64,000 nucleotides of DNA from Candidatus Kryptoniota bacterium (GTDB lineage Bacteria > Bacteroidota > Ignavibacteria > Kryptoniales > JAKASW01), in contig DATCTN010000008.1 in assembly GCA_036567965.1 (NCBI GenBank), positions 68,175-132,174 of the forward strand, read 5' to 3'. Below the pieces are notes generated by a model that saw nothing but the letters and a program-made list of their open reading frames with translations, did no database searches and was not told the origin of the DNA. Numbering within the stretch: the first letter of the stretch is position 1; each line of letters opens with the position of its first letter. The translations under genes and the position numbers were made by a program. Shown here piece by piece: positions 19,024 to 29,565 of the stretch.

Positions 19024-19242
19024 GATTCTGTCTATCCAAAGATTTAATTGATTGTTCCGTATTCAATTTAACATGCCGGCGACGATGCCGCAAAGCGGAT
19101 CATACTCCATCACGTGCGCAAGGCCGCGGCCGAATGAGTCGCCTCCAGATTGAAAGAGGCATACATCGCGGTTATATTATTTAACGTAATGCAGACAAGA
19201 AACGGTTTCCGCGATTAAAAACTCCTTTCGCAGCCCAGGGAA

Positions 19243-20709
19243 ATGATATTCTTTCTTAATGCGATAAATCTCCTGACCGTCTTGGTCGGTTTTGTTGTCC
19301 AGATTATAATTGTGAGATATTTTGGGGCGTCGGACTCCACCGATATCTACTATCTTGTAATTACAATTACGACTTTCGTCACCGGCTTGTCGACCGGTTT
19401 CCTGACCGATCTCTTCGTGCCAATCTACCATGACGCGAAGAACCGCGGCGCCGAGGACGCGCGGAATTTGTCGGGGTCCATCCTGACCTTGTCTTTGATC
19501 TCGGGTGTCGTGATTAGTGCGTTGGTTTATGTCCTGGCACCGGTTTTCATTTCGATTTTTGCCAGCGGGTTTCAAACGGCAAAATTCGGACTTGCGGTGG
19601 ATATGCTGCGTATCATCTCTCTATCGATTGCCTTTGCGACAATTTCCATGGTCCTAAATTCCACGCTGAATGCAAATTCATTCTTCCTGATAACTTACCT
19701 CACAAATCTGATCACGCCCACATTCAATATTCTTGGCCTTCTTATCGGAGGATCGCGCTTCGGCGTGGCGGCTCTCATGTATGCCACACTAATCTCGTCG
19801 ATCACAATTTTCCTCGTTTTGTTTCTCTACTGTAAAATCAAAGTCGGCGCGAGATTTGTCAACCCCGTACGACAGAAGGATCTCAACTTTCTCCTCGTGA
19901 AGAATATACCCGTGAGGGCGGCAAATATGATCCAGCTCCTGAGAGGGCCTTTAACAACATCGATTCTTTCTTACTTCCCGGCAGGAATGCTCACTCTGTA
20001 CAGTTATGCCGAGAAAATCATAAACGTCCTGATGGGAACTACGAACTCTCCGCTTGCTCAGGTATACTATACAAAATCTTCGAAGCTCGCATCAAAGAAA
20101 GATTACAGCGAGATTAGAAGTCTGCTCGTGCACATTGTGAGGAGCAGCGTGGTACTCTTTGCTGGGACATTCTTCGTAGTCGTGATAGTTTTCCAAAATG
20201 TGTTCAACGTGCTTTTCTCGGGCCGCGTGCCGCCGGACGGAGTACACACAATGTTTCTGCTGTTCATGGCGCTGTTCCCGTACTACTATGCAATGCTCAT
20301 CGGCACGAGTCTCGGCGCGACGGGGCTTGCAATGAAGAAGGGGAGGCTTACACTTTACGCGGCAATTCTGTTCGTGTCCTTGCTTGCAATTGCGATTTAC
20401 CCGTCGGTACGAGTCTTCTCCCTGTACGGTCTTCCGATCAGCCTGGCGTTCGCTCAGGTGATCGCCACTATTCTTTATGCCGTGCTCGTAAATAGGATCG
20501 AGACCTTAATTGACTTTGAAGTCCTCAAAATACAGGGAAGCACCATAGTGTTGAGTCTCGCGATGATTGCTTTCAATTTTCTTACTGGAGGCAACCTGAC
20601 GCTCCAGGTCTCTGCCGATGCTGCAATCTTCCTCGCATGGCTGATTTTAAATTGGTCAAGCGCCGTAAACGCGATGCAGCTGATTACTTCAAAGGGCGAG
20701 GTAAAATAA
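19243..20709 (+). CDS. Polysaccharide/oligosaccharide flippase (MOP superfamily, Wzx/MurJ-like)
   Basis: 488 aa, hydrophobic throughout with about 12-14 predicted TM segments. First gene of a glycosyltransferase block. Confidence 0.75.
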   Translation: MIFFLNAINLLTVLVGFVVQIIIVRYFGASDSTDIYYLVITITTFVTGLSTGFLTDLFVPIYHDAKNRGAEDARNLSGSILTLSLISGVVISALVYVLAPVFISIFASGFQTAKFGLAVDMLRIISLSIAFATISMVLNSTLNANSFFLITYLTNLITPTFNILGLLIGGSRFGVAALMYATLISSITIFLVLFLYCKIKVGARFVNPVRQKDLNFLLVKNIPVRAANMIQLLRGPLTTSILSYFPAGMLTLYSYAEKIINVLMGTTNSPLAQVYYTKSSKLASKKDYSEIRSLLVHIVRSSVVLFAGTFFVVVIVFQNVFNVLFSGRVPPDGVHTMFLLFMALFPYYYAMLIGTSLGATGLAMKKGRLTLYAAILFVSLLAIAIYPSVRVFSLYGLPISLAFAQVIATILYAVLVNRIETLIDFEVLKIQGSTIVLSLAMIAFNFLTGGNLTLQVSADAAIFLAWLILNWSSAVNAMQLITSKGEVK

Positions 20710-21942
20710 TTGAGGATCCTCTTTCTCTGCGATCTGAACAGCATTCACTCCCGTAAGTGGATAACCTTCTTCATAAAAAGGCGGCATGAGGTATTCATTT
20801 ATTCCACGACACCGTTTGACGGGCAGGTTGACGGTGCCGAAGTATATTCGGACCATCCGGTGATCCATGATGCTTCATACTGGAAAAGATCGATGCTCTC
20901 AGCAGTGATCAAGTTGCCGATGAATCAAGCGGTCGTTTCACTCGCGGAACGAATCTTTCTGACCAACAAGATCAGGCAGCTCCGTTCGGAGACTTCACGG
21001 CACGCGGCTAGAGTGTCAGGGATAATTGCTTCCATCAAGCCTGATATCGTGCACGCTCTCAGGATACCCAACGAGGGATTCATCGGTGCATTGACCAAAT
21101 TGAATTCCCCTCTAGCCATTTCGACATGGGGCAACGACCTGACATACTGGGGACAGATGTCTGACTTCCGCGAACTGACTATCAGAACTCTCAAGTCGGC
21201 GGACTTTCTCTTCACCGATTGCAACAGGGATCTAGAGCTGGGTTATGAATTCGGTTTTCCTCGGGAGAAACCGCACCTCGTGGTCCCGGGAGCCGGCGGA
21301 ATGTTCCGAAAAAACCTGGATGACGGCGCTGCGTCGCTTAAATCGAGGACGGGATTCTTCGAGGAAACCCTTCGCATTTCCGGAGCGCCGGTCATTCTGA
21401 GCTTGAGAGGATTCGGAAGCCAGGACATCGACAATATCCCGCTGATTCACGCCTGCAAAATCCTGGCAAGCAGAAACGCGAACTTCCATCTTGTAATTGC
21501 GGGGAAGAAGAACGGATTGCGATTCCACAAACTCAGCCGTCTCATACGCAGATTCAAGCTGGACAATAGGATTATTCTTATCGATGAGTTGCCGCACGAG
21601 AAAGCACTCGAGGCGCTGAAGGGAGCCGACTTCTCGGTTTCAGTTTCCCGGAATGACGGGACACCGAATTCCATGCTTGAAGCAATGACATTCGGGAGTA
21701 TTCCCATAATGAGCAACATCGACTCCATCAGGGAATGGGTCACAGACGGCTCGAATGGTTACCTTTTCAATCCATTAAACGCGGAATCGATCGCCGCCAC
21801 AATCGAGAAAGCGATCCTCGAAAAGGACAGGCATCAGGAAATTAGGAAAAAGAATTTCTCGATTGTCACCGAACGAGCCGATTACGACAAAAACATGTCG
21901 AACGCAGAGCAGAAACTGATGTCGCTTTTGGGAACCCGCTGA
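20710..21942 (+). CDS. Glycosyltransferase family 4 (GT-B)
   Basis: 410 aa with a TTG start. The C-terminal GT1/GT4 block is SRNDGTPNSMLEAMTFGSIPIMSN...GYLF. Confidence 0.8.
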   Translation: MRILFLCDLNSIHSRKWITFFIKRRHEVFIYSTTPFDGQVDGAEVYSDHPVIHDASYWKRSMLSAVIKLPMNQAVVSLAERIFLTNKIRQLRSETSRHAARVSGIIASIKPDIVHALRIPNEGFIGALTKLNSPLAISTWGNDLTYWGQMSDFRELTIRTLKSADFLFTDCNRDLELGYEFGFPREKPHLVVPGAGGMFRKNLDDGAASLKSRTGFFEETLRISGAPVILSLRGFGSQDIDNIPLIHACKILASRNANFHLVIAGKKNGLRFHKLSRLIRRFKLDNRIILIDELPHEKALEALKGADFSVSVSRNDGTPNSMLEAMTFGSIPIMSNIDSIREWVTDGSNGYLFNPLNAESIAATIEKAILEKDRHQEIRKKNFSIVTERADYDKNMSNAEQKLMSLLGTR

Positions 21943-23021
21943 TGTCAAAGATCCTGATCTCGGGTCAATGGTTATGGAAACAATATCAGGAGGCCTGCGC
22001 GATAGCGCTGGAGAGATTGGGGAACGAGGTGGTTAGGTTCGGCTGGGCGAAGTACTTCTTCTCTGTTTTCCCCGATAGGGATCCCGTCATCGCATCGGCG
22101 TGGGCGAGACTCCAAAACAAATTCATCACCGGACCGACTGTTCTCAGGATTAACCGTGAACTATTGAAAACTGCCGCCGACACAAAACCCGATGTCATCT
22201 GGCTGTATAACGACACGCACATTTACCCGGCCACAATTTTAGGGTTGAGACGACTTTTGCCCGGCGCGCTGATCGTGCAATACACGAACGACAACCCCTG
22301 GGGAAACAACCAACCCCGACATATGTGGCGTCATTTGAAGAAGTCGATCCCGTTATTCGACATTAACTTCTGTTACCGCAAATCGAACATGGAGGATTTC
22401 AGGCTGGCGGGCTCGAAGGACACGCGACTTCTCCGGTCTTACTTCGATTCCGCGGAGACGTTCCCGATGGATCAAAATGAAATGGAACCGGCATTCAGGA
22501 GCGACGTTGTGTTTGCAGGACACTTTGAAGATGATTGGAGACTTGATTTACTTTCGAATATTGCTAGACAAGGAATCGATTTGAAATTATTCGGGACGGG
22601 ATGGGACGCGGCTATTTCTGCGCTCCCCGAAGGACATCCGCTGAAGAGGCTGCTCCCAATAAAGCCCGTAAGAGGAATCGAATACAGGAAAGCAATTTGC
22701 GGAGCTAAGATCTCCCTCTCTTTTCTCTCGAAGCTAAACAATGACACTTACACGAGGAGAAGTTTTGAGATTCCTGCAATGAAATCGTTCATGCTCAGCG
22801 AATATACAGATGATCTAAACAGCATGTTCAAGGAAAAGGTGGACGCCGAGTACTTTCGATCGGCGGATGAATTATTATCGAAAATTGAATATTATCTGAA
22901 AAACGAAAGCCAACGGAAAGAGATTGCGTTATCGGGATATGAGCGGGTGAAGAGAGACGGACATGATGTGGACAGCAGGATGAAGCAGTTCTTGAGAGAT
23001 GTTAATTCGGTGAGGCACTAG
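21942..23021 (+). CDS. CgeB-like glycosyltransferase (DUF3880 / Glyco_trans_1_2 type)
   Basis: 359 aa. The C-terminal RSFEIPAMKSFMLSEYTDDL...YFRSADELLSKIEYYLKNESQRKEIA resembles CgeB-family proteins. Confidence 0.6.
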   Translation: MSKILISGQWLWKQYQEACAIALERLGNEVVRFGWAKYFFSVFPDRDPVIASAWARLQNKFITGPTVLRINRELLKTAADTKPDVIWLYNDTHIYPATILGLRRLLPGALIVQYTNDNPWGNNQPRHMWRHLKKSIPLFDINFCYRKSNMEDFRLAGSKDTRLLRSYFDSAETFPMDQNEMEPAFRSDVVFAGHFEDDWRLDLLSNIARQGIDLKLFGTGWDAAISALPEGHPLKRLLPIKPVRGIEYRKAICGAKISLSFLSKLNNDTYTRRSFEIPAMKSFMLSEYTDDLNSMFKEKVDAEYFRSADELLSKIEYYLKNESQRKEIALSGYERVKRDGHDVDSRMKQFLRDVNSVRH

Positions 23022-23023
23022 CC

Positions 23024-24898
23024 ATGTGCGGCATTACGGGGATAGCAGGTAGAAAAGTGGAGAAAGACCCGGTGCTTCTGCAGCGTATGCGCGATTCCAT
23101 GACACACAGGGGTCCGGATGACGCCGGCGACTGGTGGTCGGAGGATGGAACCGTCGGTCTCGCGATGAGGCGGCTCGCGATAATAGACCTGTCGCCTGCG
23201 GGACATCAGCCCATGATGGATCACGCGAAAGATTTTGTTATAGTCTTCAACGGGGAAATATATAATTACCGCGAATTGATGAAGGAATTGCGGTCTAAGG
23301 GACATTCATTCAACAGCGCGTCCGACACCGAAGTTATACTCGAGGCATACCGAGAATGGCAGACGGGGTTTGTGGAACACCTGATTGGAATGTTCGCGTT
23401 CGCGATTTTCGACATTAAGAAAAACATTCTCTTCATAGCACGCGACCGCGCGGGCGAAAAGCCGCTCTTCTACATTCATGATAAGGGGACGTTCCGCTTC
23501 GGGTCAGAGTTGAAGTCAATCCTCGCGGACAGTTCTGTCGAACGCGCAATCGATTTTAATGCCCTTCAATATTATCTGTCATTCGGATACGTCCCGGGCG
23601 AACTCTGTATCCTGAAGGCCTTCAAGAAACTTCCTCCTGCCCACGCCATGACGTACGATATTGGGAACGACACGACAAGAGTGTGGCAGTACTGGAAGCT
23701 GCCCGAGCCGGAGGCTGCCGCGAGTCGCACCGATGAAGATACTCTCGTCGAGTTGGAGGCTTTGCTCGAAGACTCCGTCAAGCGGCAGCTTATTGCGGAC
23801 GTGCCTGTCGGGATCATGCTGAGCGGAGGGGTGGACTCGAGCCTCGTTACTGCAATGGCAGCGAGGACTTCCGCGGCCAAGGTCAACACGTATACCGTGA
23901 CTTTCCCCGGCTTTGGAAAATTCAACGAAGGTCCGTACGCGAAGCTCGTTGCCGCACATTTCGGAACACAACACACCGAACTCGAAGCGGGGACAGTGGA
24001 ACCTGATATCATGATTGATCTGGCGCGCCAGTATGACGAACCGATCGCCGACTCTTCTATGATCCCGACGTACATGATTTCAAAGCTGATAAGAAGATAC
24101 GCCACCGTCGCGCTGGGCGGTGACGGGGGAGACGAGCTGTTCGGCGGTTACATGCATTACTCACTCCTTCTGCGAACTCAGGGAACGAGAAGGTTGACAC
24201 CATCCTCTCTAAGGGGTCCGCTCGGGAGGGCGGTACAGAATTTATTGCCGCCCGGATTTCCATACAAAGACAGAGCACTCATTAGGCTTTCGGATAATCC
24301 CCATTATATTGTTCGCACCGACACTTATTTCGATCGCAAAACCGCCCGAAGGGTGATGAGGCAAAAATTTGGACCGGAGATCTCCGACAGAGAAAAATCG
24401 GAATACAACACATTCGGCCGATGCGGAGAGGGATATACATTACTTCAGCGGGCAACCGCGGTGGATTTCCTAAACTACCTGCCAAGCTATGTTCTAGTCA
24501 AAGTCGACCGCGCGAGTATGCTGGCGTCGCTCGAAGTGCGCGCGCCGTTTCTCGACCACCGCATAATTGAATTCGCTTTTAGATCTGTTCCCGATCGGCT
24601 GAAGGCCACCGAAACCGACCGAAAAATCCTGCTGAAACGACTGGCGAGAAAGGTTCTTCCCACCACGCTCGACATCGATCGGAAGCAGGGTTTCTCAATT
24701 CCGCTCGGTGAGTGGTTCAAAACAGGCTGGGGAAAATTCATCACGGATATTCTTACCGATGACTCGCAAGTTCTTTTCGACAAGAAAGCGGTCCTGCGAT
24801 TATCGAGATTACAGTCCAGGGGAATCTTCAACTATCAGAGGCTGTATGCATTAACGATGATTGAACTCTGGAAGAGGGAATACAAGATCTCGATTTAA
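23024..24898 (+). CDS. Asparagine synthase (glutamine-hydrolysing)-like amidotransferase (AsnB/WbpS type)
   Basis: 624 aa. N-terminal nucleophile MCGI, GATase-II domain, PP-loop MLSGGVDSS. Its location in a polysaccharide locus suggests sugar amidation rather than Asn synthesis. Confidence 0.9.
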   Translation: MCGITGIAGRKVEKDPVLLQRMRDSMTHRGPDDAGDWWSEDGTVGLAMRRLAIIDLSPAGHQPMMDHAKDFVIVFNGEIYNYRELMKELRSKGHSFNSASDTEVILEAYREWQTGFVEHLIGMFAFAIFDIKKNILFIARDRAGEKPLFYIHDKGTFRFGSELKSILADSSVERAIDFNALQYYLSFGYVPGELCILKAFKKLPPAHAMTYDIGNDTTRVWQYWKLPEPEAAASRTDEDTLVELEALLEDSVKRQLIADVPVGIMLSGGVDSSLVTAMAARTSAAKVNTYTVTFPGFGKFNEGPYAKLVAAHFGTQHTELEAGTVEPDIMIDLARQYDEPIADSSMIPTYMISKLIRRYATVALGGDGGDELFGGYMHYSLLLRTQGTRRLTPSSLRGPLGRAVQNLLPPGFPYKDRALIRLSDNPHYIVRTDTYFDRKTARRVMRQKFGPEISDREKSEYNTFGRCGEGYTLLQRATAVDFLNYLPSYVLVKVDRASMLASLEVRAPFLDHRIIEFAFRSVPDRLKATETDRKILLKRLARKVLPTTLDIDRKQGFSIPLGEWFKTGWGKFITDILTDDSQVLFDKKAVLRLSRLQSRGIFNYQRLYALTMIELWKREYKISI

Positions 24899-24917
24899 GA
24901 GGTAATGCGACGAACAG

Positions 24918-25940
24918 TCAGTCGACGCGTCTCGACAGAAATCGTTTTAGCTTTTTCTTCAGCTCTCTCAGTCTCAGATAATTTATCTGCCCCAGGAGGT
25001 TCGCGCTCAACGCGAGTAGAACCGCAGGATGCCGGAAGATCCGCAAGTAAGTGGAAGTTTTTAATTCAGGAAACTTTCGCAGCCCCTCGGACAAAAAGGT
25101 AAAGGCTCTCCGAACAAATCCGCCTGTGACAAAATAGACAAAATTTCCCTGAAGAAAATCAATTATGGCTTCCTTGTACCACCCATCCAACGATGCGCGG
25201 TCTTGAAAATACGCTTTTGCGAATTCGTACGGACCGGTAATGCTTATGAGATTATCGAGGCGTTTCTGCACATCATAAGCTCTGGATATGTTAGATTCGT
25301 GCCTTCTCCAGACTCCAACCGATCGTCCGAAGGCAACCACATTACCGGTAACCACCAATCTCCGTAGGCACTCCCAGTCGGAGCTCACAACATCGTGGAC
25401 ATAAAAACCAATTTTCATTGCAAGGTCCCTGCGATACAGAGCTCCAAGATGTGCAGTTCCTCCCGTGCTCCCAAACCATTTCAGGAAGAACGACTTCCCT
25501 TCAAGAAATTCAATAGGATGTGTTGTGGGAAGTTGATCTACGCTTGACCCGTCGGGGTCAAGAGCCGTTTCGCCCCCCGCAACCAGAACCACGTCATCGT
25601 ACTTCCCTATCGCTTCGACAGCGTCGCGGATGAAGTTAACATCCGTCAGATAATCGTCTCCATCGAGGTATATTGCCCACTCGCCGGTGGCATAATCATA
25701 GAGCCCCTTCCTATAATTTCTGACAATCCCCAGGTTTGTCGGGTTTCGGAAGAACCTTATCCTTGGATCATCCAGGTATTTCGCAATCGATACTTCCGTA
25801 CCGTCTGTCGACGCATCATCTGAAATGACAATTTCGAGATTCCCGTAGTCGACCCGCTGCGCGCTCTCTATTGTTTTTGGCAGATACTTGATCTGATTAA
25901 AACACGAGATGACGATGCTGACCTTCGGGTGACTTTTCAA
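24918..25940 (-). CDS. Glycosyltransferase family 2
   Basis: 340 aa. VSIVISCFNQIKYLPKTIESA...EIVISDDASTDGT plus a DGDD motif (YLDGDDYL). Confidence 0.85.
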   Translation of the reverse strand: MKSHPKVSIVISCFNQIKYLPKTIESAQRVDYGNLEIVISDDASTDGTEVSIAKYLDDPRIRFFRNPTNLGIVRNYRKGLYDYATGEWAIYLDGDDYLTDVNFIRDAVEAIGKYDDVVLVAGGETALDPDGSSVDQLPTTHPIEFLEGKSFFLKWFGSTGGTAHLGALYRRDLAMKIGFYVHDVVSSDWECLRRLVVTGNVVAFGRSVGVWRRHESNISRAYDVQKRLDNLISITGPYEFAKAYFQDRASLDGWYKEAIIDFLQGNFVYFVTGGFVRRAFTFLSEGLRKFPELKTSTYLRIFRHPAVLLALSANLLGQINYLRLRELKKKLKRFLSRRVD

Positions 25941-26032
25941 TTCAGTCTCCGCGGGATTGTATCGGGAGAGGCCCTGGAATCTGGAGATGCTGCCGGGCCG
26001 ATTCTGGATTCACGAAAGCGGCCACCTGAAGT

Positions 26033-27001
26033 TCACGCTTGTATTCCAAGAATGAACACCGCTTGATCACCGCGGTTCTCCCGGTTTAGCTTCTCGGAAT
26101 CGAGCCGATATTGCTCAATCATCTCGGGTGTGAAGATGCTCTTCGCAGGATTCACCATGTAGGATACTTCAGAATGGAGCGGGATACCGCGGGAATTCTG
26201 TTCGCTTCCCCAGAATTGGAAATCGTAAGAGTCGCTGAAGGAATCTACGATTTGAAGTCCGGCCTTGTCACATAGTTGTTTGAAACTCTTGCGCGTGAGT
26301 AACACTCTGTGTCTCGGCGCGTCCAGCTGGACCCAATTTGTCTTATATTTTTCCCAGGCAAAACAGTCCTTCACCGGCATCCCGATGATGATACGTCCCC
26401 GCTCTTTGAGCAACTCCGCCGACCCTTTCAGATAATCCAATGGTTCATCCAGGTGTTCGAAAGAATGATGGAAGATTATCGAATCGAATTTACCGTCCAT
26501 CTCACGCAAGACGCCTTTTTTTATTTTGATCCGCTCGGACAAAATGTCCTTTTCGATGTATGGATCCACTCCATTCAGATCTTTGAAACCTATGCTGCGC
26601 AAATAAAACAGGAGGCTCCCGGAACCGCATCCCACGTCAAGGATTCTGGAATCGTAATCCTTCATGCCGGATCGTAAGAGCCAGGCAGGAGGACTAATCG
26701 GCTTCAGATTTTGCAGAACTTTTCCGACCACTCCGGTATGCCGCGTAAGGTACTCCCAGCGCTTCCGTCGGGCATAGAGCGCTAATCCCCCGTCTATCTG
26801 GAGATTCTCGGGTTGAATGTGGGTCTGATAATCCGGGGGATATAGGTCCGGCTTCGCGGCACCATCTGCCGCGTCAAGGAAATAAAGTGTTTCGCAATTA
26901 CTGCACTCACGATATCGAAATACGGATTTTGTACCATACATCATTTCACGAATAAGGTATTCAGTACCGTCGACGGTATTACATACCGGGCACCTGGTCA
27001 T
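26033..27001 (-). CDS. Class I SAM-dependent methyltransferase with an N-terminal zinc-ribbon
   Basis: 322 aa. CPVCN...CSNC ribbon, and SAM motif I ILDVGCGSGSLL. Confidence 0.8.
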   Translation of the reverse strand: MTRCPVCNTVDGTEYLIREMMYGTKSVFRYRECSNCETLYFLDAADGAAKPDLYPPDYQTHIQPENLQIDGGLALYARRKRWEYLTRHTGVVGKVLQNLKPISPPAWLLRSGMKDYDSRILDVGCGSGSLLFYLRSIGFKDLNGVDPYIEKDILSERIKIKKGVLREMDGKFDSIIFHHSFEHLDEPLDYLKGSAELLKERGRIIIGMPVKDCFAWEKYKTNWVQLDAPRHRVLLTRKSFKQLCDKAGLQIVDSFSDSYDFQFWGSEQNSRGIPLHSEVSYMVNPAKSIFTPEMIEQYRLDSEKLNRENRGDQAVFILGIQA

Positions 27002-27095
27002 TCAGGATTTCACACGTGTTGTGAACACCGCTCCGGCCGTTCGTTCGGGTGTACGCATGTATATTTTCGCAGCCGACAGCAGCAGTGGCTCCGCG

Positions 27096-28070
27096 TCACC
27101 ATTTGATTTTCTTGAACGTTCTAAAGTTGTAAAACTCGTCCTTCTCAAAATCGCCATACATATTCAAATGCGCGTACACATCTGAAACAGTGTCACGAAT
27201 GGAAAACTGCGGTCGAAAACCGAGACTCGTTTTCGCTTTATCGATCGAGACTTTATAATTGCGATAATCCTGGATATTCTTGATGTCGAGTTTCACCTTT
27301 TTCGAAGTCAGTCGCTCGACTTCCATCTTCACAAGATCGGCAGCTTCACCGACGGTGAAATTACCGGCCGCGATATTGAATACTCCATTCAATCCCTGGT
27401 CGGCTTGTATCGCCCTGAGGTAAGCCGAAACGATATCCCGTATATCACATATCGGTCTCCAGATGGCGGGATTGTTTATGGTAATCACCCCATCCCTGAC
27501 CGCTGATTTAAACATCGTGTTAACTATGAGATCAAAACGCATACGCGGACTGAAACCGGAGACGGTGCCCTGTCTCAAGGCAATAACTGAGAACGAGTCG
27601 TCCTGAATCTGAAAGACCCCGCGTTCTCCCTGCAACTTGGATATTCCGTACGGATAACCGCAGGTGACCGGCGACTCCTCATCGTAGAGATTATTCTCGG
27701 TATAACCGTAGACCGAACACGACGAAGCGTAGATATATCTTTTGATCCCCGCTTGCTTCGCGACGAAAGCCAGATACGCCGGAAGTGCGGCATTGTAAAT
27801 GAAATTCTTCGCGGGACTAAATTCGGCCATGGGATCATTCGACAATCCGGCCAGGAAAATAAAAATATCGTATCCCTTAATGTCCTCGGCTTTCAAATCG
27901 AAAAGATCTTTCTGGATTGTCTTCACCTCGCCCGGCAGATGGTTTCCGAACCAGAAGAAATCGACCACACTAACCTCGTACCCGTGCTCAAGGAGGACCG
28001 GCGCGAGCGAACTCCCGATATATCCGCCTCCGCCCCCGAGTAGAATCTTAGTTTTTCCGTTTCCGCTCAT
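27096..28070 (-). CDS. NAD-dependent sugar-nucleotide epimerase/dehydratase (extended SDR)
   Basis: 324 aa. Rossmann motif ILLGGGGGYIGS and catalytic YxxxK (YGISK). Confidence 0.85.
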   Translation of the reverse strand: MSGNGKTKILLGGGGGYIGSSLAPVLLEHGYEVSVVDFFWFGNHLPGEVKTIQKDLFDLKAEDIKGYDIFIFLAGLSNDPMAEFSPAKNFIYNAALPAYLAFVAKQAGIKRYIYASSCSVYGYTENNLYDEESPVTCGYPYGISKLQGERGVFQIQDDSFSVIALRQGTVSGFSPRMRFDLIVNTMFKSAVRDGVITINNPAIWRPICDIRDIVSAYLRAIQADQGLNGVFNIAAGNFTVGEAADLVKMEVERLTSKKVKLDIKNIQDYRNYKVSIDKAKTSLGFRPQFSIRDTVSDVYAHLNMYGDFEKDEFYNFRTFKKIKW

Positions 28071-28077
28071 ATGATAA

Positions 28078-28806
28078 TCAGCTATTCCTTTTTCCGAATA
28101 ATGTTTTGTAAAGACTAGTGTTAAGAGAGGTGTCCTTCGGAACCAAGAACTTTACTTCGTCAGTTGAAAGCTTACCGATTTTTTTGTCAGGACTGAGGCT
28201 CACAGCGTACTCGTAAACTGTCTTGCGGTCTCCACCTACATGTAATGTTCCTTGAAAATCCGATTCGACCACCTTCAGAATCATACGTGCTACCACTGAA
28301 ACGGATTCTCTGCTGGTCCACTGGTTCACGAACGCCTTGTCGTAGGGAAATTCGTTCGGGCCGAAACTTGTTCGCACGATAACGGACTTCTCATACATTC
28401 GGACCGCGCACTCACCGCCAAGTTTTGACCACGCATACTTATTGACGGGGTGCAATGCGTCTTCCTCGTTGTAGTCCCCGGAATCACCGCGGAAGACGTA
28501 GTCGGTCGAGACATAAACGAGTCTGAAGGAGTGCTTGACACATAGTTTCACTATGTTTGATGTACCGATAATATTTGCGTCGATCGCAAGGACGGGATTT
28601 TGATCTACCTTGGGAGGTGATGTAAATGCCGCAGCATGCAGAATGGTTCCGATCTTCCGTCCTGCGACATATGTTTCCATCCGGTCCGGATCGGTAACAT
28701 CGAATTCTCTCTTCGAAGGATACAATGCGCCGGGAAGAATCTTCTGAAATTCTCTGCCGAGAAGTCCGCCGCCGCCGGTAAACAACACCTTCTCGTCATC
28801 AGTCAT
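28078..28806 (-). CDS. RmlD-like sugar-nucleotide 4-ketoreductase (dTDP-4-dehydrorhamnose reductase family)
   Basis: 242 aa. VLFTGGGGLLG and YAWSK (YxxxK), with RmlD-like colinearity. Shorter than canonical RmlD. Confidence 0.7.
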   Translation of the reverse strand: MTDDEKVLFTGGGGLLGREFQKILPGALYPSKREFDVTDPDRMETYVAGRKIGTILHAAAFTSPPKVDQNPVLAIDANIIGTSNIVKLCVKHSFRLVYVSTDYVFRGDSGDYNEEDALHPVNKYAWSKLGGECAVRMYEKSVIVRTSFGPNEFPYDKAFVNQWTSRESVSVVARMILKVVESDFQGTLHVGGDRKTVYEYAVSLSPDKKIGKLSTDEVKFLVPKDTSLNTSLYKTLFGKRNS

Positions 28807-28815
28807 GTCGACCAG

Positions 28816-29454
28816 TCAGCATTTACCGTAAACAAAATTATCCGATCGCGAATCGTCAAGCCACTTCTTCAGGGAAAGTCCGTTCCTGTCTTTTTCGCTG
28901 AGTATGCCATTCTTCCTGACGACTTCATCAAAGAGTGATTTTAGCTCCGGGGGACAGAGCGACCAGTCGAGATCGGTTGAGAGGGGTGACACTCCCGCCT
29001 CGGAGTTAGGGCTGTATTCACCGGTGCAGAGGTACTCTATCCTCGAATCTGCAGTAAAAAAATTGCCGTGGGCAAACCCCGGGGGAACCCAAATCCATTC
29101 ATCGTGCGGGTCGGTCAATGACCCAGGCATGTCGTAGGCAGTCACCTTACCGAGAGTGGGCGAGCCCTTCCTGATATCCAGAACGACGTCGATCATTCTA
29201 CCGTGAATGGTCCGGACCAGCTTACCCATGAAGGGTTTCCATTGAAAGTGCAGCCCGCGACACACTCCGGCGCTCGAATAACTTTCGTTCATCTGAAGCA
29301 GACTTGCGCCCGATAGAGATTTCACTTCTTGCAGGTTGGTTGTATCGCTTTGTCGGAACGGTTCAGTAAAAAATCCGCGATTGTCGTTGAACCGCGCGAA
29401 GCGGATAATTTTGACGTCTGGAATTGAAAGTGATTTTATCGAAATCGTCTTCAT
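28816..29454 (-). CDS. RmlC-like sugar-nucleotide 3,5-epimerase (cupin)
   Basis: 212 aa. FNDNRGFFTEPFR, RGLHFQ and PPGFAHGF blocks are typical of dTDP-4-dehydrorhamnose 3,5-epimerases. Confidence 0.75.
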   Translation of the reverse strand: MKTISIKSLSIPDVKIIRFARFNDNRGFFTEPFRQSDTTNLQEVKSLSGASLLQMNESYSSAGVCRGLHFQWKPFMGKLVRTIHGRMIDVVLDIRKGSPTLGKVTAYDMPGSLTDPHDEWIWVPPGFAHGNFFTADSRIEYLCTGEYSPNSEAGVSPLSTDLDWSLCPPELKSLFDEVVRKNGILSEKDRNGLSLKKWLDDSRSDNFVYGKC

Positions 29455-29565
29455 GAAATTCTTGAAATTGGGCTTATTGGTAGAAAAATATAAACGGAAA
29501 AATCTTCTGGTTCAAATAACGGTTCACGGGCTAAGTCGAACTCGCATCAAGTTCGCCGGACGAAC